A DNA stretch of 32,000 nucleotides. Origin: Gemmata obscuriglobus (GTDB taxonomy: Bacteria; Planctomycetota; Planctomycetia; Gemmatales; Gemmataceae). Made by a program: the position numbers and the translations under genes. The notes beneath the pieces were generated by a model. It saw only the letters and a list, made by a program, of their open reading frames with translations, did no database searches and had not been told where the DNA came from. Shown here one piece after another: positions 22,189 to 30,130 of the stretch; the first letter of the stretch is position 1, and every line of letters starts with the position of its first letter. Where the stretch lies: the NCBI RefSeq assembly GCF_008065095.1, contig NZ_CP042911.1, forward strand, positions 2,940,001 through 2,972,000. The letters are read 5' to 3'.

Positions 22189-22719
22189 GTGGACATTCCG
22201 AGCCATATTTGGGCACGCGGGTACGAGCGGAGCGATCCGCACGAGCCGCTGTTCGGGCGCTACATCCGGATCGACCTGACCGGGCGCCCGAACCTGCGCG
22301 CGACGTTCGACGCGGTCGCGCAGCTGGTCGTGTACGGGCAGCAAGCGGCCGAGGTGGTGCCGTTCTCGCGGGTGTCGTGGGGCGTGGTGATCTACGGCGT
22401 CGAGCCGCACGAGGTCGCACGCATCGAGGCGGTGAAGAGCGAATACGTGGCGATGTGGGAGCGGCACCCGGACGTGTGGCCCCAGTTGGAGCCGCGCGAG
22501 GTGGTGTTCAGCGTGTGGTTCGTGGACTGCGGGCTGCGCCCGTTCCTCGGGTGCGTGTGTGAGGAGGCCCCCTGGGACCTGTGGGTCTCCGGGCGCGACA
22601 TTCGCACCGAGCGCCTGTACCAGCGGCTGCTTTCCGAGGGCCAGGCGCCCATCCTGATGGCGCTGAACGCGGTCCACGCGGCCGAGCTGAGTGACGCGTG
22701 GGGCGGGCCGGCCGCGTGA
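22189..22719 (+). CDS. Hypothetical protein (176 aa)
   Basis: GTG start. Strong GC3 bias along the ORF. No motif recognised. Confidence 0.55.
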   Translation: MDIPSHIWARGYERSDPHEPLFGRYIRIDLTGRPNLRATFDAVAQLVVYGQQAAEVVPFSRVSWGVVIYGVEPHEVARIEAVKSEYVAMWERHPDVWPQLEPREVVFSVWFVDCGLRPFLGCVCEEAPWDLWVSGRDIRTERLYQRLLSEGQAPILMALNAVHAAELSDAWGGPAA

Positions 22720-22738
22720 CCGGTGTGCGGAGCGAACC

Positions 22739-23209
22739 GTGACCCCCATTCCCCTGCTCCAGCAGCGCGAGGTCGAGGCGGGCGTGGTCGCCCCGCTGTT
22801 CCGGGCGTTCGCCGCGGAGGTCGGCGAGCCCCGGGCGCGGGAGATCGTCGGCGGGGTGGTGCGCGACCTCGCCCGGCAGGGGGGATGCGCCGCGGCGGCC
22901 GGCGGTAACGCCCTTGAGCACCTAAAGACGGTCGTCGAAAAGTGGACCGCGGGCGGCGCCCTGGAGTTGACGGTCCTGCGTGACGATTCGGCCGCGTTCG
23001 ATTTCGATGTGACCCGGTGCCGGTTCGCGGAGATGTACCGCCGGCTCGGGTTGGCCGAACTCGGCGGTCTGCTCTCGTGCGCGCGCGACGCGGCCATGAT
23101 CGAGGGCTTCAACCCCGACATCACGTTCGCGCGGACGCAAACCATCATGGCGGGCGCGACGCACTGCGACTTCCGCTACCGGCGTTCCGGCGCCGCGCCC
23201 GGCTCCTGA
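22739..23209 (+). CDS. L-2-amino-thiazoline-4-carboxylic acid hydrolase-like family protein
   Basis: The C-terminal pattern C.RDAAMIEGFNPDI.F.RTQTIMAG...CDFRY resembles the ATC-hydrolase family. The start is uncertain (GTG at 22739 or GTG at 22691). Confidence 0.55.
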   Translation: MTPIPLLQQREVEAGVVAPLFRAFAAEVGEPRAREIVGGVVRDLARQGGCAAAAGGNALEHLKTVVEKWTAGGALELTVLRDDSAAFDFDVTRCRFAEMYRRLGLAELGGLLSCARDAAMIEGFNPDITFARTQTIMAGATHCDFRYRRSGAAPGS

Positions 23210-23222
23210 CCGCGGTCCACCC

Positions 23223-24548
23223 CTACGGGACCACCGGCTGCGTCCACGCGACCTCAACGTCGCCCTTCGCGTACGGGTTCGCGGGCGGCTTGGTGCTGGT
23301 CACCTTCGCGCGAACGTACAGCTCCTTTCCGGTGAGCGTGTACGACGCAGCCAAGTCGGTTGAGGTCGCAACGACCTTGCCGATGTCGGCAGAGTACGCG
23401 CCGGTCACCGGCGTTTCCTTGCCGTCCTTGTCCTTGAACGTTTTCGGGGTGCCGGTTAGGTCGGTGCCCTTCATTGTGGCGACGAACTCGGTCTTGTACG
23501 TCACACCGGGCTCGCCGCGGATGGCGATTTTCAGCCGGTTTCCGTCCCGCGCGACCTCGTCGAGGACCACGCCGGTGCTAGCGTAGAAGTCACCGGCCTC
23601 AAGGCCCTTAACCGCAGTCTCCGCCGTGAGGAACGGCGCCCGCACCATCACCCAGCCGCGCCCCGGGTTCACCTTGCCGACGCCGTACTCGTGGTAGCCG
23701 TGCGAGTCGTCGGTCGCCAACCCGTACACGATCGGCAGGTTGTGCCTGCCGAGCCGCAGCGCGAGCGTGATGTCCCAGATCCGCTCGCAGCTCGCGTGGT
23801 CGGGGTCGCCGTAGTTGCGCACCCCGGGGTGCCCGTTGAACACCTCGAAGAACCGCAACTCGTCCGCCAGCAGCATCTCCTCGGCGCGGACGCCCCACTG
23901 GAAGTTCGGGTGGTTGAGGAAGGCGATCATCACCCTACTGGTTTTCGCCCGCTGCTCGTTCACCTGGCGCAGGTTCACCCGCACCGTCTCGACCGCGTCC
24001 GAGCCGTCGAGCGGCTTGATCGGGTCGCGCAGGTTGATGCCGTTGATGTGGACCGGCCGTTTCGCGTAGGCGTGAGTGATCTCCTCGGAGGGTATCAGCA
24101 GGAACTTGCCCGGCTCCTCGAACAGCGACCGGAACTCCGCGAACGGCTTGAGCCGCACCTGTGTCTTGTCCTTCACGGTGCGCGTTTCGATCCACTTTTC
24201 GCCGAACCGCTTCGTGTACTTCACGACGGCCGACTTGCGGGTCGCGGTGGACGCGGCGTCCACCCACCTATCCCCCTCGGCAATCACGTTGTGGTCGGTG
24301 AGCGCAAGGAACTGGTAGCCGTTTCGCTTGTACCAGTCGACGACCATTTCGGGGAAATCGTCCCCGTCGCTCCAGAGGGTGTGCGTGTGCAGGTTGCCTT
24401 TCCAGTACCGCGGGGCGGTCGTGGTGACGGCCGCGGGTTCGAGCGCGGCCGGCCCCTTCGGTCCAGGACTTGTGTCCTGAAACGCTACGGCAACGGCAAG
24501 AACGCTCACCGTGAGCGCGACGACAGCAAGCGGGCGGGCCGGACGCAT
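23223..24548 (-). CDS. PHP-domain metal-dependent phosphoesterase, secreted or membrane-anchored
   Basis: ATG at 24548 (MRPARPLAVVALTVSVLAVAVA). PHP motifs GNLHTHTLWSDGD and LALTDHN, with later H/D residues (DDSHGYHE). Confidence 0.8.
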   Translation of the reverse strand: MRPARPLAVVALTVSVLAVAVAFQDTSPGPKGPAALEPAAVTTTAPRYWKGNLHTHTLWSDGDDFPEMVVDWYKRNGYQFLALTDHNVIAEGDRWVDAASTATRKSAVVKYTKRFGEKWIETRTVKDKTQVRLKPFAEFRSLFEEPGKFLLIPSEEITHAYAKRPVHINGINLRDPIKPLDGSDAVETVRVNLRQVNEQRAKTSRVMIAFLNHPNFQWGVRAEEMLLADELRFFEVFNGHPGVRNYGDPDHASCERIWDITLALRLGRHNLPIVYGLATDDSHGYHEYGVGKVNPGRGWVMVRAPFLTAETAVKGLEAGDFYASTGVVLDEVARDGNRLKIAIRGEPGVTYKTEFVATMKGTDLTGTPKTFKDKDGKETPVTGAYSADIGKVVATSTDLAASYTLTGKELYVRAKVTSTKPPANPYAKGDVEVAWTQPVVP

Positions 24549-25037
24549 GATCCACCTCGGCAGCGTGAATGAGTGGTACGGAAAGTATGCGAACAACACC
24601 GCCGGGTTGCACACCGACCGGTGCAGTTTCCGTGAAAGTTCACTCCCTGTCGCTGCGCTCGCTTGATCGGAGAGCCCGAATCAGGGGGGCACGCAATACC
24701 GACGACGTGCGCGGGGCACGATCGCGCTGAGTTCAAAAGCCCGATCTACTGCCCGAGGTGCGACAAAAGGGCAACTCGATTGGGGAGCCGGTGTGCTTTT
24801 CCGTGCGGCAGTGCGCCCCGCTCGATCACCTGAAGACTCGCCCGAGGGAAAAAAAACTGGCCGACGATTTGCGCGAGAATTTCGGAGCGGATGTGCGACC
24901 GCCGCTCGTCCGCGGTTTCCTGATGGACCTGCGCGGCAGTGCGGAACCGCGGTTCGATCTCCCCACGAGCAGGGAGAAAGCGAAGAACACCCGCTCCACT
25001 GCTGACGACAAACACAGCACGTAACGCGACGCCCGGT

Positions 25038-25532
25038 TCAGTCGATCTGGTACGGACTGTTCGGGTCTTTCTCGTGCCGGATCTCGTCCACCGGCTCTTG
25101 CTTCAGCCACCCGGCGTACAGGCGGTTCGCCGCGTTGAACACCCACCCGTCCTTGTCGCCGACGTTCTTGTAGCCGTGGACGACGCCCGAAGGCACGATG
25201 AGGGCAAACGGCTCGCCCTCGCCGACCTCGCGCACTTCCTTCTGCCCGAACGTGGGGGACGTTTTACGCGCGTCCCAAAGGCAAACCCGAAACGTTGAGG
25301 GGCCGGTGAAGCAAAAGTAGTCGGCCTGGTCGACGTGCTCGTGCGGCCCGCGAGCGACCCCGGGTTTGGTCATGGAGACGTACGCCATGACCGGATGGAA
25401 CGCGGGCGGCACGAGGTCATTGCGGAACAGTTCAACCAGCCACCCGCGCGGGTCGGTGAAGAACTTCAGCGGAATCCACGCCACATCGTGGATCGGCCCG
25501 CGCTCAACGTACTTCGGCAGGGGAACATTCAT
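25038..25532 (-). CDS. dTDP-4-dehydrorhamnose 3,5-epimerase-like cupin
   Basis: F.DPRGWL.E.F....., ..RG.H.H......F...G......L.D.R..S.T.G, and P.GV.HGY.N are RmlC-family patterns. Confidence 0.75.
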   Translation of the reverse strand: MNVPLPKYVERGPIHDVAWIPLKFFTDPRGWLVELFRNDLVPPAFHPVMAYVSMTKPGVARGPHEHVDQADYFCFTGPSTFRVCLWDARKTSPTFGQKEVREVGEGEPFALIVPSGVVHGYKNVGDKDGWVFNAANRLYAGWLKQEPVDEIRHEKDPNSPYQID

Positions 25533-25550
25533 CGGGTGTTCGGCATCGGA

Positions 25551-26726
25551 CTACGGATTCGGTGTCTGCTCGATCTTAGCAACGGCCGCGTCCGCGGCAC
25601 GGCCAAGTTCCATGAGTTCGTGGTACGGTGTGTGAGGGGTTTGGCTCCCGTCTGCGTTTACCCGGTAGCTCGTTGCAAGCGCACGGACGCCCTCGGGTGA
25701 GGAGAGACCTACCCCCGCAACAATCGCGGCGGCAAAACCGGTGCTCACCAGTCGCCGGAGTTCGGGCAACGCGACACGAGCTTTCGGACCGATCTCACTC
25801 AGCGCCTGCACTGCGTCGTGTGCGGAAAAGTGGCGCGGCGTGGCATTAAACCGCTCCTCCTTAACGCGTGTGGGAAGTTGCGTGACCAACTCGGCGAGGA
25901 CGGGCACTCCATCCGAACTGTTATCACACGTCCACAGTAACACCGCCGCGCGGTAACGCGTATTCGGGTCGTCGTGCGTCAGCAGCTTTCGAACAGACGG
26001 CACCGCCGCGGTTGCTTTGGGTCCGAGCGCCTCAAGACACAGAAACACTTCATGGCGTGCCCGTCCTTGGTGCGCCGTCAGCAGCTCCAGCAATAGCGGA
26101 ACCGCGTCCGGCCCAATCATCCAAAGGTGTCTCACACAATCGGTGTCGTGCTCAGCGATTCTGTTCAGGGCGTAGCCGCGTAGCGCTGGTATCGCGTTTT
26201 GTGCCGGAAAACCGATTTTACACAATTGGTCGTATATGATAATGTGTTGGGTATTAGATAATCGCTTTTCCGCGAGGAGCGTGCTCAGAGTGGCAACGGC
26301 CTCTTTCGGCCCGGGGCTGATCGCTACAAGGGTGGTGATGAGGATGTCGGGACGGAATGTGTCCTCGTCCAACAGAATCTTTAGAACGGCCGGGCAGGCC
26401 TCTTTGGCCGCAGGGCCGATCGCTGCCACGATGGGGATCACTTGGTCCCGGTAGGCCGTGGATCGGTCGGCAAGCATTTCAATGAACGTGGGCAGGGCTG
26501 GGGCGGCGTCCGGGCCGAACGCCTTGAGAGCTTCCGCCGCGGGCGCCCGTTGTTCGGCCGTATCGCCCTTTTGAAATTGCGCCACCCAGTAGGCGAGCGG
26601 CTTCCCCTCGTACTTCGGTTCGGGTTTATCTCCCGCGAAGGCTGGCGCCACTGTAAGCACAACCAGTGGGAGCAGAGAAACGCGCACGGGCCACCCTCCG
26701 AACACAGTATCGTGTCGAAGCGGCAT
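25551..26726 (-). CDS. HEAT-repeat protein with N-terminal signal/anchor
   Basis: Repeated A..AL...GP.A..A.P.L..LL.D units: AAEALKAFGPDAAPALPTFIEMLAD, IVAAIGPAAKEACPAVLKILLDED, CLEALGPKATAAVPSVRKLLTHDD, AVQALSEIGPKARVALPELRRLV. Confidence 0.75.
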   Translation of the reverse strand: MPLRHDTVFGGWPVRVSLLPLVVLTVAPAFAGDKPEPKYEGKPLAYWVAQFQKGDTAEQRAPAAEALKAFGPDAAPALPTFIEMLADRSTAYRDQVIPIVAAIGPAAKEACPAVLKILLDEDTFRPDILITTLVAISPGPKEAVATLSTLLAEKRLSNTQHIIIYDQLCKIGFPAQNAIPALRGYALNRIAEHDTDCVRHLWMIGPDAVPLLLELLTAHQGRARHEVFLCLEALGPKATAAVPSVRKLLTHDDPNTRYRAAVLLWTCDNSSDGVPVLAELVTQLPTRVKEERFNATPRHFSAHDAVQALSEIGPKARVALPELRRLVSTGFAAAIVAGVGLSSPEGVRALATSYRVNADGSQTPHTPYHELMELGRAADAAVAKIEQTPNP

Positions 26727-26791
26727 TGTGTGATGTCGGTGCCATCGTCGTCAACCACAACCGGGCGCTAATCCGTTGCTCGCGGCGTTGA

Positions 26792-27397
26792 TCAGAACGG
26801 CATGTCGTCGCCGTCCCCGAATAGGCTCGGGCCGGTCGCCGCTTGGGGTTTGGACTTGCGCCGCGGCGCCTCGGGCGGCTGAACGATCTTCGGCTTCGGC
26901 GACTCGACCCGCGGCGGTGTCGCCGGGGTCGGTAGGGGGATAGGTCTCGTCACATCGGGCGCGGCGACGGGTGCTGCCGGCACGTTCGACAGGTCGTGGC
27001 CCTTCTCCAGCGTTCCGAGCACGGCGGTCGCGCGGGCGAGTACGCTCCCCGGAACCCCCGCCAGCCGCGCGACGTGGATGCCGTAGCTGCGCTCCGCGTT
27101 CCCCGGCGCGATCTTGTGCAAGAAGACGATCTCGTCGGCCAGCTCGCGCACCAGCACGTTGTAGTTCCGGAGCCGGGGCAGCGACGCCGCGAGCTGCGCC
27201 AGTTCGTGGTAGTGCGTCGCGAACAGTGTGCGGCACGCGAGCGTGTCGTGCAGGTACTCGACACGGAGCCCGGTTATCAGGCATTCGTGAGTCTGGTGCT
27301 CGCGTATCCGGTGGGCGATCGACCGGACCGGTTCGAGCCCCGCGCGCGGAAGCGACGACCCGAACCGTATCCGCCGCTCACCGTGCCCAGAGACCAA
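26792..27397 (-). pseudogene. mutS: C-terminal remnant of DNA mismatch repair protein MutS (end of domain V only)
   Basis: [24 protein letters not shown]...[48 protein letters not shown] matches the MutS C-terminal ATPase/HTH region. There is no Walker A, clamp, core or mismatch-binding domain. Upstream DNA is IS debris and a tRNA. Confidence 0.7.
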
Positions 27398-27439
27398 ACC
27401 CGAAAGCGGCTAACCCGCTCAGCTTAGGAACCCAGGAAG

Positions 27440-27585
27440 TGCCATTCGAGTCTGTAGTTGTCACTTAACGAACGGTATTGGGGTTAAGGTCAAGCAATAC
27501 CGACGAGTTGCAACGCGATACAAGAAAACCGCGCGCAACTTCCTTGCCTTCATTCACATAGCATCCATTATAATCTGGATACAGT
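27440..27585 (+). pseudogene. C-terminal remnant of an IS5-family transposase, interrupted by the IS at 27586
   Basis: The frame reads ...CHLTNGIGVKVKQYRRVATRYKKTARNFLAFIHIASIIIWIQ, matching the conserved IS5-family C-terminus (..K.K.YR..ATRY.K.A.NFL.....A..IW.). The stop and putative end (aactgtccacaagccc) resume after the inserted IS at 28554-28575. Confidence 0.55.
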
Positions 27586-28553
27586 GGACTCGTTGCGCAA
27601 TAGCGGTCGGTGGGCTATTCATAGGGCATGACGAATTACGAGAAGTTGTGTCGTAAGCCGTTGTTGTTCCGGATGTTCACGGGGTTGTCGGCCGCCGAGT
27701 TCGACCAGTTGGTGGCAGATCTCGAACCCGTGTGGCTCGCCCGCAAGGCCGAACGAGCCGCGGGCCGCCCGCGCCAACGCAAGCCCGGGGCCGGGCGCCC
27801 GGTGAAGCTGCTGTTCACCGAACGGCTGCTGATGGTGTTGCTGTACTATCGGGTGTACGTCCCGCAGGAGTTCGTCGGGTTCTTGTTCGGGGTCGATAAG
27901 GGAACCGTCTCTCGTGGCGTTCAGGAACTGGGACTGTGCATGGCCGGGGTGTTCCGCATCCCCGAGCGCCAGGTGCGGATCGATCCGGACGATCTGGTCG
28001 CGGTGTTCGTGGACGCGACCGAGCAACCGGTCAACCGCCCGAGTCGGAGGCAGCGGCGCAGCTACTCGGGGAAGAAGAAGCGTCACACGGTGACGCACCA
28101 GGTGGTGGTGACGCGCAAGCGAAAGGAGCCGGGGGACAAGCAGAAGGTGCGGATCAAGGCGGTGTCGAAGGCGGCCAAGGGTCGCGTTCACGACAAGAAG
28201 ATGTACGACCAGTCGCGGCTGCGAATCGCCCCCGAAGTACCGAAGTCGGGTGACAGCGGGTACCAGGGGAGCAACCTGCGGGTGCCCAGGAAGAAGCCGA
28301 GGAACGGTGCGCTGAGCGACGAGGAGAAGCGATCCAATCGGCGCTTGGCACGGGAGCGGATCGTGGCCGAGCACGGGATCGGGAAGATGAAGATCTGGCG
28401 GATCGCGGCGGACCGGTACCGCAACCCGCCGCGCCGGCACACGGTCATGATGAAGAATGTGGCCGAGCTCCACAACCGCATGTACGGCTAATGCACACAC
28501 ATAATGGTGAGCACGGGGGCCGCCTCAACTCACGCCTATTGCGCAACGAGTCT
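27586..28553 (+). mobile_element. Intact 968-bp IS element (IS5-superfamily, DDE_Tnp_4/Harbinger-like transposase)
   Basis: Terminal inverted repeats ggactcgttgcgcaatag (27586-27603) and ctattgcgcaacgagtct (28536-28553) match at 17/18. It is flanked by agt at 27583-27585 and agt at 28554-28556, a candidate 3-bp target duplication. Confidence 0.8.
27628..28491 (+). CDS. DDE_Tnp_4-type transposase with N-terminal HTH
   Basis: FRMFTGLSAAEFDQL (HTH_Tnp_4-like). D in VFVDATEQPVNRP, D in GDSGYQG, E in RERIVAEHGIGKMKIWR. Confidence 0.85.
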   Translation: MTNYEKLCRKPLLFRMFTGLSAAEFDQLVADLEPVWLARKAERAAGRPRQRKPGAGRPVKLLFTERLLMVLLYYRVYVPQEFVGFLFGVDKGTVSRGVQELGLCMAGVFRIPERQVRIDPDDLVAVFVDATEQPVNRPSRRQRRSYSGKKKRHTVTHQVVVTRKRKEPGDKQKVRIKAVSKAAKGRVHDKKMYDQSRLRIAPEVPKSGDSGYQGSNLRVPRKKPRNGALSDEEKRSNRRLARERIVAEHGIGKMKIWRIAADRYRNPPRRHTVMMKNVAELHNRMYG

Positions 28554-28659
28554 AGTAACTGTCCACAAGCCCTGGTGTCCAGTAACCCTCGCGTGCGAAA
28601 TCTTGTTCCGCCGGCTTGCCGAACTGTAAATGAATCCTTATAAATTTTTTAGGAGCCGG

Positions 28660-28731
28660 TCCCCGATAGCTCAACGGTAGAGCGAGCGGCTGTTAACCGC
28701 TAGGTTCTTGGTTCGAATCCAAGTCGGGGAG
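28660..28731 (+). tRNA. tRNA-Asn (anticodon GTT)
   Basis: Manual cloverleaf. Acceptor tccccga/tcgggga, D arm gctc-aacggta-gagc, anticodon arm agcgg-ctGTTaa-ccgct, variable loop aggtt, T arm cttgg-ttcgaat-ccaag, discriminator g. No encoded CCA. Confidence 0.9.
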
Positions 28732-28844
28732 CTTTAAAAAACGCTAGGAAAAGGCACTTTTCGAGCCCCACGGACACTTGGGGGCTGCCGTTGTGGCAGA
28801 GAATGTGGCAGAGAACTTCCGGCTCCCACCCGGGGTCTGCCATC

Positions 28845-30041
28845 ATGGCCCACCAACCGAAGCCCTTTTTCCGCACCGGTCGCGGCTGGTACGTCCAGCT
28901 CGGCGCCAAGCAAATCAAGCTCGGCGACGGTCCTAAAACTTCCGAAACCGAAAAAATCGCCTGGGCCGAATTCTATCGGCTCATGGTCGCGGCCCCGACT
29001 CCTTCAGCCCCACAAGTCACACCTAAACGCGCTTCCCACCCGGATTCCGGGCTCACCGTCGCCGCTCTCTTCGAGAAGTTTCTCGACTGGTGCCAGAAGC
29101 ACCGCGAGCCCCGCACCTACGAATTGTCACAAGGGCTGATTCAGTCGTTCTGCGACCACCTGAAGACGGCACTCGTCCTTCCGGCTGCAGACCTGCGGCC
29201 GTTTCACATCGTCGAGTGGGCGGACTCGAAGCCGAAGTGGGGGCCGAACCAGAAGCGTAACGGGTGTGGTGTCATCACCCGCGCGTACAACTGGGCCGAG
29301 CGGCTCGGGTACATCGCCGCGAACCCGGTTCGGGGCGTCGAGAAGCCGGCCCGCACCAAGCGGGACAGCAACGTCACGCCCGCGGACTTCGACCGGCTTC
29401 TGTCGTTCGTCAAAGACGAGCCGTTTCGGGACCTGTTGCAGTTTGCGTTTGAGGCGGGCTGTCGGCCACAGGAGGCCCGCCGGATCGAAGCCCGGCACGC
29501 GAAACTCGATCAGTTCCGAATCGAGATTCCGCCGCCCGAGGCAAAGGGCAAGAAGCGCTGGCGCGTGGTGTATTTGTCGGATAAGGCCCTTGAGATCGTA
29601 AAGCGGCTCGTCGAACTCCGCCCTACCGGCCCGCTGTTCCTGAACACTGATGGGGACCCATGGAAGGCACAGGCCATTGTGTGCCGGTTCCAGCGGTTGC
29701 TGGTGAAGATGACTGGTGCAGAGGACAAGGTACCCAAACTGCCTCGATTCGATCACCGGAAATATCCCGACCCGACGGAGCGAGCGGCGGCGAAAGCGGA
29801 GCACGTGCGAAAGCTTGGTGAACTTCGGAAGAAACGTGCGTCACTAGCCCGGAAGAGTAAGCAACGGTTCGCCATGTACGACCTGCGGCACCTGTTCGCC
29901 ACGCGGAAGCTGAAAGAGGGTCACGACCCGATCACCGTCGCGACTCTTCTTGGGCACAAGGACACGAGCATGCTCGCTCGGCACTACCAGGAACTGACCA
30001 AGGAGTTCGACCACCTGCGAAAGGCCGTTAACGGGAGCTGA
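28845..30041 (+). CDS. Tyrosine-type site-specific integrase
   Basis: Lies ~115 nt downstream of the tRNA-Asn 3' end. C-terminal catalytic pattern YDLRHLFATR...LLGHKDTSMLARHYQ (H-x-x-R ... H ... Y). ATG at 28845 chosen. Confidence 0.85.
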   Translation: MAHQPKPFFRTGRGWYVQLGAKQIKLGDGPKTSETEKIAWAEFYRLMVAAPTPSAPQVTPKRASHPDSGLTVAALFEKFLDWCQKHREPRTYELSQGLIQSFCDHLKTALVLPAADLRPFHIVEWADSKPKWGPNQKRNGCGVITRAYNWAERLGYIAANPVRGVEKPARTKRDSNVTPADFDRLLSFVKDEPFRDLLQFAFEAGCRPQEARRIEARHAKLDQFRIEIPPPEAKGKKRWRVVYLSDKALEIVKRLVELRPTGPLFLNTDGDPWKAQAIVCRFQRLLVKMTGAEDKVPKLPRFDHRKYPDPTERAAAKAEHVRKLGELRKKRASLARKSKQRFAMYDLRHLFATRKLKEGHDPITVATLLGHKDTSMLARHYQELTKEFDHLRKAVNGS

Positions 30042-30055
30042 ATAACGGACGTTCT

Positions 30056-30095
30056 TCCATCGAGCCGGAGCGGAACGTCGCTCCAGCTCGATGGA
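30056..30095. terminator. Hairpin between the convergent integrase and helicase genes
   Basis: tccatcgagccggagcg, loop gaacgt, cgctccagctcgatgga. This is a 17-bp stem with one mismatch. Confidence 0.45.
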
Positions 30096-30130
30096 GCAAT
30101 CAAACGCCTCACAATCCCTCGCTTGACTCC

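Noticed and set aside
27330-27340. tRNA-like T-loop string ggttcgagccc upstream of the mutS remnant
   Set aside because: No T-stem, acceptor stem or anticodon arm could be folded around it. It is probably coincidental.
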